Shown piece by piece: positions 18,578 to 27,548 of a stretch of DNA of 64,000 bases. This stretch comes from a virus. The translations under genes were made by a program, and so were the position numbers. The DNA lies in IMG/VR virus record IMGVR_UViG_3300034122_002094. One strand, written 5' to 3'. The notes below the pieces were generated by a model, which saw only the letters and a list, made by a program, of their open reading frames with translations, did not search any database and had not been told where the DNA came from. The first letter of the stretch is position 1. Each line of letters opens with the position of its first letter.

Positions 18578-18842
18578 GTTAGACTTGGCTATGGCTCGGC
18601 AAGGGTGCAGTAAAGTCTAACATTTCATGAGTCAGAAATCACCCGGACAGTTGAGCCTCGCTCCTGTCTACACCTCCGCTGATTGCATGAGACAGATTGT
18701 GGTAGATCCACAACGGACTGAGACCAGTGCTACATGGTCTTTCCAAGCCGTGGCTCGCGGTGTCCAACGAGTAGACAGATCCAAGCACAGGGCTTGGCGG
18801 CAGCGCGAACTGCCGGAGCGGTTCAACTCCGCTATCTGTCTT
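18578..18842 (+). ncRNA. putative structured ncRNA with 3' tRNA-like domain
   Basis: T arm AGCGG-TTCAACT-CCGCT; 8-bp acceptor-like stem AGACAGAT/ATCTGTCT; two 6-bp arms; multiple upstream stems and pseudoknot-compatible pairings. Confidence 0.65.
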
Positions 18843-18871
18843 TGGCAATAGTGCCAGTCAAGGAGTCGCAA

Positions 18872-19123
18872 ATGTTAAAGGATCTGTTCAAGGATAAGAT
18901 CAAGGGTCGCATGACGTCAGTGCTCACCTTCAAGCTCGCGCCAGATCTGGCTCAGCGTCTTGAGGATCTTGTGCAGAAGTCTGGCGATGGTTCTCTCGTG
19001 CAGACGTTCAAGATGGCCCTGACCCTCTATGAGAAGGCGATCGACAACAGGATCGCAGGCGGCGAGCTGCACATGGTCAGGATGGTCGATGGTGAGCGTG
19101 TGCTCACCATCATTGAGCTCTAA
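18872..19123 (+). CDS. ribbon-helix-helix (CopG-like) DNA-binding protein
   Basis: LTFKLAPDLAQRLEDLVQKSG..SLVQTFKMAL pattern; AAGGAG RBS. Confidence 0.65.
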   Translation: MLKDLFKDKIKGRMTSVLTFKLAPDLAQRLEDLVQKSGDGSLVQTFKMALTLYEKAIDNRIAGGELHMVRMVDGERVLTIIEL

Positions 19124-19151
19124 CAAAACGACCTATCTCAAGGAAAGTATC

Positions 19152-19544
19152 ATGACGCATATCGAGTTCGAGAATCTGATCCGTTCCCTCGCGAGAGAGT
19201 CCGACGACACTCGCATCGCAGATCTGCTCCAGGGCTACGAAGAGCTGTATGAGATCCACGCCATCACTGAGCGCACGATCGCCAACTTCAAAGACGTCGA
19301 GCAGCTCAAGAAGATCGCTGCGGGCTATGGCGTGGATCTGGACGATCGTCTCTCGCTAGAGAGCGCCTTCGAGGACGAGTTTGGCGGCGGCACCAACATG
19401 ACGGCGATCGCTGCGATTCAGCTCGACGGCGAGGGCGACGGCTACCTCGACTGCGTCGATCGCTTCATGTTCGATCGCAAGCACGATCTCCAGTACAAGA
19501 TGGTCAGAAATGCGCTCAAGCTGATCGACGAGGACATGAAGTGA
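19152..19544 (+). CDS. hypothetical protein
   Basis: AAGGA RBS. Confidence 0.8.
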   Translation: MTHIEFENLIRSLARESDDTRIADLLQGYEELYEIHAITERTIANFKDVEQLKKIAAGYGVDLDDRLSLESAFEDEFGGGTNMTAIAAIQLDGEGDGYLDCVDRFMFDRKHDLQYKMVRNALKLIDEDMK

Positions 19545-19924
19545 CACCCCAACTCTTTGTGCGCCACTGGGATAGCTGGGTCGCTCACGAGAGCCCGCTA
19601 GGTCAGTACCAAAACCTCATTGGTAGCGTGCCTTGCGCTGTCATGTCTGAGCAGGCTGTGATGCAGCGGCTTGCAAAGTATGTGTCGCTCGGCCTGCGCT
19701 ACACTGATGTCATCCAAGGGCATCAGCCCTACCGTGAGATCTCCGACGCGATCTGTCGAAACATCCGCGATCACAAGATCGAAGAAGGTGTTCTCATGCT
19801 CGACTGGGTAGTGTTCAGGCCCAACCGAGACCCAGACCAAGACGACGATGAGATCATTGTCGCCCAACTCGTCCTCGACATCGAGGACATCATCAGAATG
19901 TCAGAACAGGAGTATCAGCCATGA
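19541..19924 (+). CDS. hypothetical protein
   Basis: GTGA coupling. Confidence 0.75.
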   Translation: MTPQLFVRHWDSWVAHESPLGQYQNLIGSVPCAVMSEQAVMQRLAKYVSLGLRYTDVIQGHQPYREISDAICRNIRDHKIEEGVLMLDWVVFRPNRDPDQDDDEIIVAQLVLDIEDIIRMSEQEYQP

Positions 19925-20322
19925 AGACGATGGACAGCATCGACATCACCCTCTGGATCAACAACCTCAAGCAGGGAGAGAGCATCCCTCAGTATATCAA
20001 GGAGCAGGCGGACAGGCTCACTTATCTGGGTGGTGGTGTGGTACTCTGGAATCAGCCTAACGATGAGGGCGGTGAGCTGGTGATCGTCAGCGGCTCGATC
20101 AAGGAGGCAGGTCGTATGCCAGGGTTTGCCGATGTAAATGCTGCTGGTCGCGCAGACGACAACCTCAAGTTCCTGTGCAAGTGCTGGCACGACCGCAAGG
20201 ACGATCAGTCGTTCAACCTCTACGACCCGTCTTCTTATCTCGGAAGACATGACAGACTCGTTCATGTCACTGGTACGTTCGGTGACATCAAGAGCTGGTT
20301 CATCAACAACGACAAGGTGTGA
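19921..20322 (+). CDS. hypothetical protein
   Basis: ATGA coupling; AGGAG RBS. Confidence 0.8.
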   Translation: MKTMDSIDITLWINNLKQGESIPQYIKEQADRLTYLGGGVVLWNQPNDEGGELVIVSGSIKEAGRMPGFADVNAAGRADDNLKFLCKCWHDRKDDQSFNLYDPSSYLGRHDRLVHVTGTFGDIKSWFINNDKV

Positions 20323-20330
20323 GGCACAAC

Positions 20331-21503
20331 ATGTCAGAAGAACTCGATCTCCTCATCCTGAGCGTCAAGAACGGTCAGGATGAGTTCACAGAATACTTCA
20401 AGCGCCAAGTGCAGGCTCGCATGAGCGAGCACCAGCCCCCGGTGACTGTCGCCGCTCCTGTCGCGCCAGCAGCAACTGCTGAGATCGATATGGGCACCAA
20501 CTGGGATCGGCAGGCAAGCATCGTCGAGAAGGCCCCAAAGAGCGCTGCTGAGGCGTTCCGTTCAAGTGAGACCCCAAGGGTTCGCACCGGCACGTTCTCG
20601 CCCGTTGTAGACGATCCTGCGCAGTACAAGACGATTTCTCGCCGGTCGCTCCCAGGGTTCACGCCGCAGCTTCGCATCAGCGGAGACAACCTGATCGAGG
20701 ACTGCCTGCATCACTCGGCGCTGCGCAACATCGACACCGATACGCTGCTGCTGGCCCTGTCTGTGCCCGAGCCGACCAAAGAGGTCATGAAGATCAGGCA
20801 GGCCATCATCGACAACCTCCAGTATCCCAAGCAGATGCTTGCTGGTCTGCTGTTCGCGGTATGTGGCCTGAGCGAGGAAGAGATCACCAAGCGGCTTGAC
20901 CTCAAGTTCTCTGCTGTGTCTTCCTATCTGAGCACCACCCGCAAGTCAGCAGATCTGATGACGCTGACCAAGCGTCGGCTCTCCACGTCTCCCGAGCATG
21001 ATCATCGCAGCATCGTCGGTCGTGACACTGGCGCGGCGCTCAACGGGCAGCTCCTGCCCAAAGAGATCGCATTGGCCAACAAGTGGCGGCGGGCGCCTGA
21101 GCACATGAGAAAGACAGGGCCGAACAGCTTTGTCATCTCACAGATCGTCGAGTCGGCGCCGTTCAAGATGCTCCACGACATGTGGCCGCTGATCAGCGCC
21201 AAGAAGATCGAGGGCGGCATCCGCCAGCGCTTCCGTCCGCGCGTCACGAACAACCAGTTCGCTATGGCTGTCATGTACAGGGCGCATGGATTCTCGATGA
21301 CTGACTATCGCTCCATGCACACCAAGATGCTCAACAAGTTCCCAGATCTGTTCATCAGCGTTCGTCAGATGGAGAACCTGTTCTCGATCTATGACTGCGC
21401 CATGTGGAACGGTATCAGGAACATGATCAACGAGCACCAGCTCTACATCACCTATCCTGGCTTCGCGCTCCTCGTGGATCGCGCTGAAGACTATCAGGGC
21501 TAA
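20331..21503 (+). CDS. hypothetical protein with sigma region-4-like HTH
   Basis: GLSEEEITKRLDLKFSAVSSYLSTTRK. Confidence 0.6.
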   Translation: MSEELDLLILSVKNGQDEFTEYFKRQVQARMSEHQPPVTVAAPVAPAATAEIDMGTNWDRQASIVEKAPKSAAEAFRSSETPRVRTGTFSPVVDDPAQYKTISRRSLPGFTPQLRISGDNLIEDCLHHSALRNIDTDTLLLALSVPEPTKEVMKIRQAIIDNLQYPKQMLAGLLFAVCGLSEEEITKRLDLKFSAVSSYLSTTRKSADLMTLTKRRLSTSPEHDHRSIVGRDTGAALNGQLLPKEIALANKWRRAPEHMRKTGPNSFVISQIVESAPFKMLHDMWPLISAKKIEGGIRQRFRPRVTNNQFAMAVMYRAHGFSMTDYRSMHTKMLNKFPDLFISVRQMENLFSIYDCAMWNGIRNMINEHQLYITYPGFALLVDRAEDYQG

Positions 21504-21547
21504 AACAACACTCGGGGCCGCAAGGCCCTTTCTCAAGGCAACGTATC

Positions 21548-21886
21548 ATGACGTATCGTGAACTGCTCGAAAAGATCTCCAAGATGGACCCGACCTTCCT
21601 CGATCACAAGGTGACGCTCTGCACTGATGATGACGAGTACAGCCTCATCACAAGCACATGGATCGCTGACGGCGCAGAAGAAGCTGGCCCTGAGTCTCGC
21701 CGACCTGTCAAGGGCCAGCTTGTCTTGTGTCAAGAAGAGTTCTGCGATGAAGATGAAGATGACGAAGATGACGACTATGGTGAGGAGCAGGCGGAGCGGG
21801 CCATGCTCGCTGGCATGTCTCATGGGACCGCTGGCTACAACGAGGCAATGGGCTACGATCTCTTCGAGGGCGATGACGACTACTGA
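21548..21886 (+). CDS. hypothetical acidic protein
   Basis: MTYRELLE start; acidic tract. Confidence 0.8.
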   Translation: MTYRELLEKISKMDPTFLDHKVTLCTDDDEYSLITSTWIADGAEEAGPESRRPVKGQLVLCQEEFCDEDEDDEDDDYGEEQAERAMLAGMSHGTAGYNEAMGYDLFEGDDDY

Positions 21887-21899
21887 GGTCTAGCCTCTC

Positions 21900-21940
21900 A
21901 AACATCCGACACAGATTTGCGGTCTGTGTCGGATGTTTTT
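21900..21940 (+). terminator. intrinsic terminator-like hairpin (overlaps a partial class B element)
   Basis: 16-bp perfect stem AAACATCCGACACAGA/TCTGTGTCGGATGTTT ending in a T run. Confidence 0.75.
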
Positions 21941-21977
21941 CAAGTATAGTCGCAATTTAGTGATCAGTTTTATCTCG

Positions 21978-22007
21978 TTGTAAATTTTTTAGAGATCGAG
22001 CTAAATA
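21978..22007 (+). promoter_or_regulatory. degenerate class P promoter
   Basis: TCTCG-TTGTAA, AGAG at the AGTG position, weak -10. Confidence 0.5.
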
Positions 22008-22061
22008 GTATCCACGCAGCGCATACCGCGCAACATCCTCAACACAAACTCGGAGCATACA

Positions 22062-22439
22062 ATGCAGCCCGCTTCGCAGACCTTCAAAAATATAAGCTCT
22101 CTTGTGATGGCGCAGGGACGCTATCATGAGTTTGCTCATGTGGTGACGTGCGAGGCAGCCTACTGGCTTCAGTGGCCAGAGTATCCAAACACCTGCCTTG
22201 TCCCTTTTGTCTTCGAGTGGTATCGAGTCATGAGGTGCAAGTTAGCGGAGAGATACGACCTGTGCCGAGCGAAGGGTTGCTCTGGCAGCAAGTATTCTTT
22301 CTATTATATGTTGAATGGCAAGCCGAGCTACGATTACACGACGTGGGAGAAATTCTACGTCGCAAAAAGCGTTGTCGTCTGTCAGTCTATCACAGACTCA
22401 ACGCCGAACGTCTGTGCGCCCTCAATCGACGTCGACTGA
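22062..22439 (+). CDS. hypothetical protein
   Basis: GGAG RBS. Confidence 0.7.
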   Translation: MQPASQTFKNISSLVMAQGRYHEFAHVVTCEAAYWLQWPEYPNTCLVPFVFEWYRVMRCKLAERYDLCRAKGCSGSKYSFYYMLNGKPSYDYTTWEKFYVAKSVVVCQSITDSTPNVCAPSIDVD

Positions 22440-22483
22440 GAAGTCACGTCAACATTCTCAACAAATCATCTCAAGGTATCATC

Positions 22484-23095
22484 ATGTACGGATCGAAGAC
22501 TGTCCTCATCTCTCAGCTCCCCGCCATCATCGCCCCGCTGCTGCGCGCTGGCAAGATCAACACGCCTGACATCCGGCTCACTGGCAACGATGAGCCCTAC
22601 GTCGCTCCCATCTCGAACGATGGTCAGCGCTGTACGCAGCATCACGTCAACGTCGCGACGGGCGAGGTCAAGACGTTCGTCGGTTCCTGGGGTGGCGCCA
22701 ACATGTTCGAGCGCACCATCGATCATGTGAAGAGCAAGATCACGCTCGGCGATGACGAGTACATCGTCCGCTGCTACACTGGCTATCCTCGCGCCAGCGC
22801 CGTCGTCGAGTGCAACATGAAGACGTTTGAGACCTACAAGACCGACAGCGTCGACATGACCGACAAGGAGGCCAAGGGGCTGTCTATCGTCTGCCACTGC
22901 TCCAGCTCATACCGCAAGGAGAGCTGGCGTCGTGACGTCGGCGGCGCCTATGACGCAGCTCATGCTGTCGTCGTGTCTCTCGTCGAGAAGGGCCTCGTCA
23001 AGGTCGCCAAGAACGGCTCTATCTCGGCCACCGTCGCTGGCAAGATGGCGCTCGACCAGCGCGAGCTTGAGAAGCGCTCAGTCTCTCACTACTGA
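22484..23095 (+). CDS. hypothetical protein (C-terminal winged-helix-like segment)
   Basis: LVEKGLVKV..NG.ISATVAGK; AAGGT RBS. Confidence 0.75.
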   Translation: MYGSKTVLISQLPAIIAPLLRAGKINTPDIRLTGNDEPYVAPISNDGQRCTQHHVNVATGEVKTFVGSWGGANMFERTIDHVKSKITLGDDEYIVRCYTGYPRASAVVECNMKTFETYKTDSVDMTDKEAKGLSIVCHCSSSYRKESWRRDVGGAYDAAHAVVVSLVEKGLVKVAKNGSISATVAGKMALDQRELEKRSVSHY

Positions 23096-23331
23096 TGATC
23101 ACCTTCGAGATCCAGTATATCAAGCAGGACGGCGTTGAACACGCCTACTTGCTTGGCCACAGGATCGTCAAGAGAGATCAGCAGCAGCCTCTCTCGGCTG
23201 CGCTATTTAGTGTTCTGTGTCAAGAGCTTGAGCGAATCGGCCTCAACCTATCCAGACAGAAGATCTGGGCGCTGGCCGAGCAGCTCGAAGAAAAGTCAAC
23301 AGCAAGCCTCAGTCTGGAGTCTCAAAAATGA
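23095..23331 (+). CDS. hypothetical protein
   Basis: TGATG coupling. Confidence 0.7.
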   Translation: MITFEIQYIKQDGVEHAYLLGHRIVKRDQQQPLSAALFSVLCQELERIGLNLSRQKIWALAEQLEEKSTASLSLESQK

Positions 23332-24221
23332 ATGAGCAGCATCCTCTATTCAACGTCGCCATCGAGAAGCATGGATCGTCCTACCTCGAAGCGGTCCAGG
23401 ATCGGGTAAACAAGTACCATCAGATGTTCCGCTCGATGGAAGCCATGAAGTGGCCATTCTTTGGTCCTGGCTTCTCGCGCGATGAAGAGCGCATCCTGTA
23501 CGATCACTGCATCTACAACGCTGCGGGCATCCCATCACGGATGTTCGACGTCTACTCAGATGCTCGGCGCTACTTGATGGAGGGCAGCGCTGATCCGGCA
23601 CTGTGCGCCGAGTTTATGCGAAAGGCTCGCGCTCTCGCGCCAGAGATCGCGACACTTGAGCAGAAGTTCGAGAAGATCGCAAGCTGGATCACTGACGAGC
23701 CTGACTTCGAGGCTGACGCTTTTGATAAGCTCGTCAAAGATGAGCGCTCACTTGAGGGCGCCCTTGAGCATGTCAGAGAGAACTCCTGGACCGAGAACAC
23801 TCTTGAGTCGTATAAGATCTTCTTCTCAAAGAACCTTTACGACAAAGAGAACGACCTATGCGAAGGCGTTGACTATTTGAGAGAGATCGGCGACACCATC
23901 CGATCGAACGACACCCTCGATGACATCATCATGCGTGCTGTCAACGCCTATATGGAACAACAGCTCTGCGCAGCCATTCGGACACTCGCAAAAGAGCGCG
24001 TGGAAGAGTTCGATCTGGACTTTCGTCGCTACGACGAGGACGAAATCCTTGAGCACTGGATTCAGGCGCAGCTTCATGAGCAGAACCGACTGCACAAGTA
24101 TGACCGCTCCTTGTCGTGGGCCGCCTTCGATCTGTATCCCAAAGACTTTGATCTGCTCGTAGAGCGCACCAACTGGATTCGCGAGAACACCGTCGAGGAC
24201 GATGATGCACAAGAGTCGTGA
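23328..24221 (+). CDS. hypothetical protein
   Basis: ATGA coupling; GGAG RBS. Confidence 0.8.
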   Translation: MNEQHPLFNVAIEKHGSSYLEAVQDRVNKYHQMFRSMEAMKWPFFGPGFSRDEERILYDHCIYNAAGIPSRMFDVYSDARRYLMEGSADPALCAEFMRKARALAPEIATLEQKFEKIASWITDEPDFEADAFDKLVKDERSLEGALEHVRENSWTENTLESYKIFFSKNLYDKENDLCEGVDYLREIGDTIRSNDTLDDIIMRAVNAYMEQQLCAAIRTLAKERVEEFDLDFRRYDEDEILEHWIQAQLHEQNRLHKYDRSLSWAAFDLYPKDFDLLVERTNWIRENTVEDDDAQES

Positions 24222-24588
24222 GAGTGTTCGCGCCAATCGTGGGACCGCCAGTGGCTGCCGAAAGAGGCTCTACAAGCTCGGGCTGAGCCATCTGGAGCGC
24301 TACGGCGATGACGACAATGATCCAGACCCACAGGCGTTCATCGACCACTGGGAAGCGCCTTCCGATCATCATCGCTTCAAGGGATACTGGCCTTGCGGCC
24401 AGCCTTGGCGAGGCCTCAAGCGTCAAGCCAACAAAGAGATCCGCCGCTGCTACGATCAAGAGCTGGGGCGCATCTGCAAGCTCTCTGCTGGCGCGCTGGA
24501 ATCTCAAGCTGAGATGTTCGATGAAGAGTTCGATCCGTATCGTTTGATGCGCGTCGAGCGCATCAAGTATGTCAACAAGTTCACTTGA
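24202..24588 (+). CDS. hypothetical protein
   Basis: GAGGA RBS; short overlap with upstream gene. Confidence 0.7.
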   Translation: MMHKSRESVRANRGTASGCRKRLYKLGLSHLERYGDDDNDPDPQAFIDHWEAPSDHHRFKGYWPCGQPWRGLKRQANKEIRRCYDQELGRICKLSAGALESQAEMFDEEFDPYRLMRVERIKYVNKFT

Positions 24589-24591
24589 GCA

Positions 24592-24629
24592 AAGAGCTGG
24601 ATCGAGAGGTCCAGCTCTTATTTTATTTT
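24592..24629 (+). terminator. intrinsic terminator
   Basis: AAGAGCTGGATC-GAGA-GGTCCAGCTCTT then ATTTTATTTT. Confidence 0.8.
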
Positions 24630-24633
24630 CTCG

Positions 24634-24662
24634 TTGCGAAATAAATAGTGATATAGCATAAA
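24634..24662 (+). promoter_or_regulatory. class P promoter
   Basis: TCTCG-TTGCGA-17(TAGTG)-CATAAA. Confidence 0.8.
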
Positions 24663-24708
24663 GAAAGTGTGCAGCGACGAGGCTGCCAACATCATAAGGA
24701 GGCGCATC

Positions 24709-25077
24709 ATGGATGACAGTGAGAAGCTCGCAAAGATCATCGAGAGCATCAAGGGCAAGACATACGAGGAGACTGCTCAGATCATCCTGAACCTGGCTCA
24801 GAATGCTGAGAAGCTGATGGACCTCAACAAGCAACTCGACAAGATGACGAAGGAGCTACTGGACGATCTGACCGTCACTGAACCAACGGAGTTCCAACGC
24901 GCTCACTGGAGCGACCAAGCTCTTGAGCAGCTCTTCAACGATCTGCTGAAGAGGACTGAGCGGTCCATGACTCACACAAAGAAGCTCACCGGTGTCCTGA
25001 ACAAGGTACAGCGAGAGCGCAAGCGGAGACGCGATCATGTTGACGCGGTGCGAGCAGCGAGAGGCAGTGATGAGTGA
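24709..25077 (+). CDS. hypothetical coiled-coil protein
   Basis: TAAGGAGG RBS. Confidence 0.8.
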   Translation: MDDSEKLAKIIESIKGKTYEETAQIILNLAQNAEKLMDLNKQLDKMTKELLDDLTVTEPTEFQRAHWSDQALEQLFNDLLKRTERSMTHTKKLTGVLNKVQRERKRRRDHVDAVRAARGSDE

Positions 25078-25609
25078 GCAAAAGTATGTGAAGATCGATG
25101 TACGCATCGATCACTGGCAGACGATCCTCGTGCCCGTGGATGAGCGCAAGTTTGAGATCCTCAGCGAGCTTGATGCGCCGCCTGATGCGCTGGACGAGTC
25201 TGCCCAGTTTGAAGCCAGTGAAGTCTACGGCGAGGTCTATGACATCTGGAAAGGCATGAGCGATGCCGAGCGAAGTCAGCGCTGCTTTGTGATCAAGGAT
25301 CACATCGAAGACGATTTTGGCTTTGATGTCGCCAAAGACAACGCTGTGAACGATGTAGCCGATCGAGATCCAGCTCTCTTCATGGGAGTGATCCCGACCA
25401 GCGCTGAGCTGGCTATCGTCGATCACCCCAGGCTGGATGAGCTATCGATCAGTGAGCTTCGGAGCATTGAAGCTGATCAGTCCTGCGACAGGATCAAGCT
25501 GCTCATCGAAGACCTGATCGCCAAGCGTAACGAGATGCTCCCAGAAGATCCAGGCCAAGCTATCGAGCTGCTGCTCAGGACGCTTCGCCTTGCAAGAAGG
25601 CTCTACTGA
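25070..25609 (+). CDS. hypothetical protein
   Basis: Overlapping start; GAGG RBS. Confidence 0.8.
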   Translation: MSEQKYVKIDVRIDHWQTILVPVDERKFEILSELDAPPDALDESAQFEASEVYGEVYDIWKGMSDAERSQRCFVIKDHIEDDFGFDVAKDNAVNDVADRDPALFMGVIPTSAELAIVDHPRLDELSISELRSIEADQSCDRIKLLIEDLIAKRNEMLPEDPGQAIELLLRTLRLARRLY

Positions 25610-25893
25610 TGCAAGAAGAACTGAAAGAGGTTGAAGAGCTGTGTCGCGCCTTCCCAAAGCTCGAAAACGGCAAGACTCGGTTCGATGTCTTCGTGCCGCA
25701 GACAAGCGGTAGAAGCAAAGATCCGGCGCTTCTGTGTGTCAGCGACTATGCCAAGGACCATGCGTGGGTCTTCCGATTCCATGCACGCGGCGCTGGCGGC
25801 AAGTGGTTTGTCGCCTGCATGGCCACCCAACAACGCTTCGGCTGCTCCGCTGGTGAGCTGCTGGAGACCTTCAAGACCAAACTGGAGATCTGA
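25609..25893 (+). CDS. hypothetical protein
   Basis: TGATG coupling. Confidence 0.7.
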   Translation: MQEELKEVEELCRAFPKLENGKTRFDVFVPQTSGRSKDPALLCVSDYAKDHAWVFRFHARGAGGKWFVACMATQQRFGCSAGELLETFKTKLEI

Positions 25894-25895
25894 CG

Positions 25896-26687
25896 ATGAA
25901 GACCTATGCTCTGACCGCTGTCTGCCGCCAACTGTGCAAGCTCGATCCGAATCACCCCTACCAAGGCAGTGATCTGGAGGCCCACATCATCCGAGACGAG
26001 ATCGAGCAGTACAAGCCGATCATCGAGGCTCACTTCCCTCCTGGGACCGTCGATGTCTTCGGCCTGCGCGCTGAGTGGTCGCACACAATGATCCTCGGCA
26101 GTGGTGCTGATCAAGTGGTCCTGCTTGGTGCCGGACTGGATCTGCTGGCCCACCGCTACTACATGCGCCCTGTCACCTTCTTCGAGGTCGATCTGGCCTC
26201 AACGATCGCTGTCAAGCGCCTGAAGCTCTTGAGCACACCTGATGACATCGACCTGCACGAGCACCATATCACCTATGTGCCCTGTGACTTCGAGTCTGAT
26301 GACTTCGCTGCGCTGCTCATTGAGCACGGCATCGATCTCACGAAGCCCACCATGTTCGTCTGGCTGGGGGTTTCCTACTATCTGGAGCGTCAGACCGTCC
26401 TCAACACGCTGCGCAAGATCAAGTCGATGGGCTTCCCCGAGGTCATGATCGCGATGGACTATGCGCTTGAGACCGGATCTCCCACCAGCGAGGCAGAGAT
26501 CAAGCTCGCTCAGATGGGCGAGCCGATCAAGACCAAGTTCAAGTCGATCATCCCTGACATCGCCAAGATCGGCTTCAACGTGTTCAACGAGTGCTCAGTC
26601 TTGAGCGAGGCGCTCAACTATGGCCTGCCCATCTACGATGGTGATGCGCGCCAGCTCATGTTCGCGTACATCAGCCACCAGAGCTGA
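25896..26687 (+). CDS. class I SAM-dependent methyltransferase (LCM/YktD-like family)
   Basis: QVVLLGAGLD, FFEVDL, YVPCDF, PTMFVWLGVSYYL. Confidence 0.85.
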   Translation: MKTYALTAVCRQLCKLDPNHPYQGSDLEAHIIRDEIEQYKPIIEAHFPPGTVDVFGLRAEWSHTMILGSGADQVVLLGAGLDLLAHRYYMRPVTFFEVDLASTIAVKRLKLLSTPDDIDLHEHHITYVPCDFESDDFAALLIEHGIDLTKPTMFVWLGVSYYLERQTVLNTLRKIKSMGFPEVMIAMDYALETGSPTSEAEIKLAQMGEPIKTKFKSIIPDIAKIGFNVFNECSVLSEALNYGLPIYDGDARQLMFAYISHQS

Positions 26688-26752
26688 GCAAGGCCCTCAA
26701 GCAATACAACGGGCGATCAACTCGCCCTGAATCTCAACTGCAAGGAAGTATC

Positions 26753-27487
26753 ATGCTGCCAGAAGACCGTCTCGATCTCAACGACGCCGTTGCCAAGAAC
26801 CGTCACCGGTCGCTCATCATCAAGGGCGTTCGCTTCCACCTCACCGCCGAGATCTTCGGCACCTACGAAGACCCTGTCGCGGGCTGCCTCGGCTACCACG
26901 ACAACACCGGCTTCTCTGAGCATCTCTGCACGGCCAATCTCTCCAGTCCGATCGTCGTCGACAACATGGTCTCCTTTGATCCTGAGCAAGGTTTTCAGGC
27001 TCTGCTCATGTCGAGCATCTACCAAGACACCATCGACTCGCCAGCCAATCTCGAAGAGAAGATCGGCAAGGTCTGCGATCGGATCTGTGCTATGATGAAT
27101 CAGCTCGCGGATGATCAGGACCAGAAGATCCAGGTCTCGGTGCCAGTGCGCGCGACGCGGGTCTATGACGTGATGGTGCCGATGGAGATGTCGACGCGAG
27201 AGTACGCCAAGATCCTTTTGAGCACGCAGGACGATCAAGAGCGCAGCGAGGAGCTAACGCGCCATCTCCTCGATCAGAATACGCTCGACGTGCAAGTCGA
27301 TGCCATGCTCGCTGGTGGCGAGGTCTCGTATGAAGAGTACGACAAGGATCTCTCCACCGACAAGATCTTGATCGGTCATGCTCATCTTGGAGGCGCAGAT
27401 GAGCATGACGAGGGCATCCTTGTGAAGACACGTTCCCTCGCACTCAACGCACTCAAGCTCAAGATGCTCGCCAAGTCCAAGGGCTGA
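26753..27487 (+). CDS. hypothetical protein (weakly similar to 27549)
   Basis: AAGGA RBS; GVR..L.A..and .PV..V motifs shared with the next gene. Confidence 0.8.
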   Translation: MLPEDRLDLNDAVAKNRHRSLIIKGVRFHLTAEIFGTYEDPVAGCLGYHDNTGFSEHLCTANLSSPIVVDNMVSFDPEQGFQALLMSSIYQDTIDSPANLEEKIGKVCDRICAMMNQLADDQDQKIQVSVPVRATRVYDVMVPMEMSTREYAKILLSTQDDQERSEELTRHLLDQNTLDVQVDAMLAGGEVSYEEYDKDLSTDKILIGHAHLGGADEHDEGILVKTRSLALNALKLKMLAKSKG

Positions 27488-27548
27488 GCTGTTCTGCTGA
27501 TGACAACAACGGGCGACAGGTTCGCCCCAACCAAAAGAGAGTATCAAG

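Noticed and set aside
18578-18842. tmRNA, RNase P RNA or tRNA-Sec
   Set aside because: No GGGG 5' end with G3:U70 or tag ORF, no RNase P GAGGAAAGUCC core, and no UCA anticodon or D arm.
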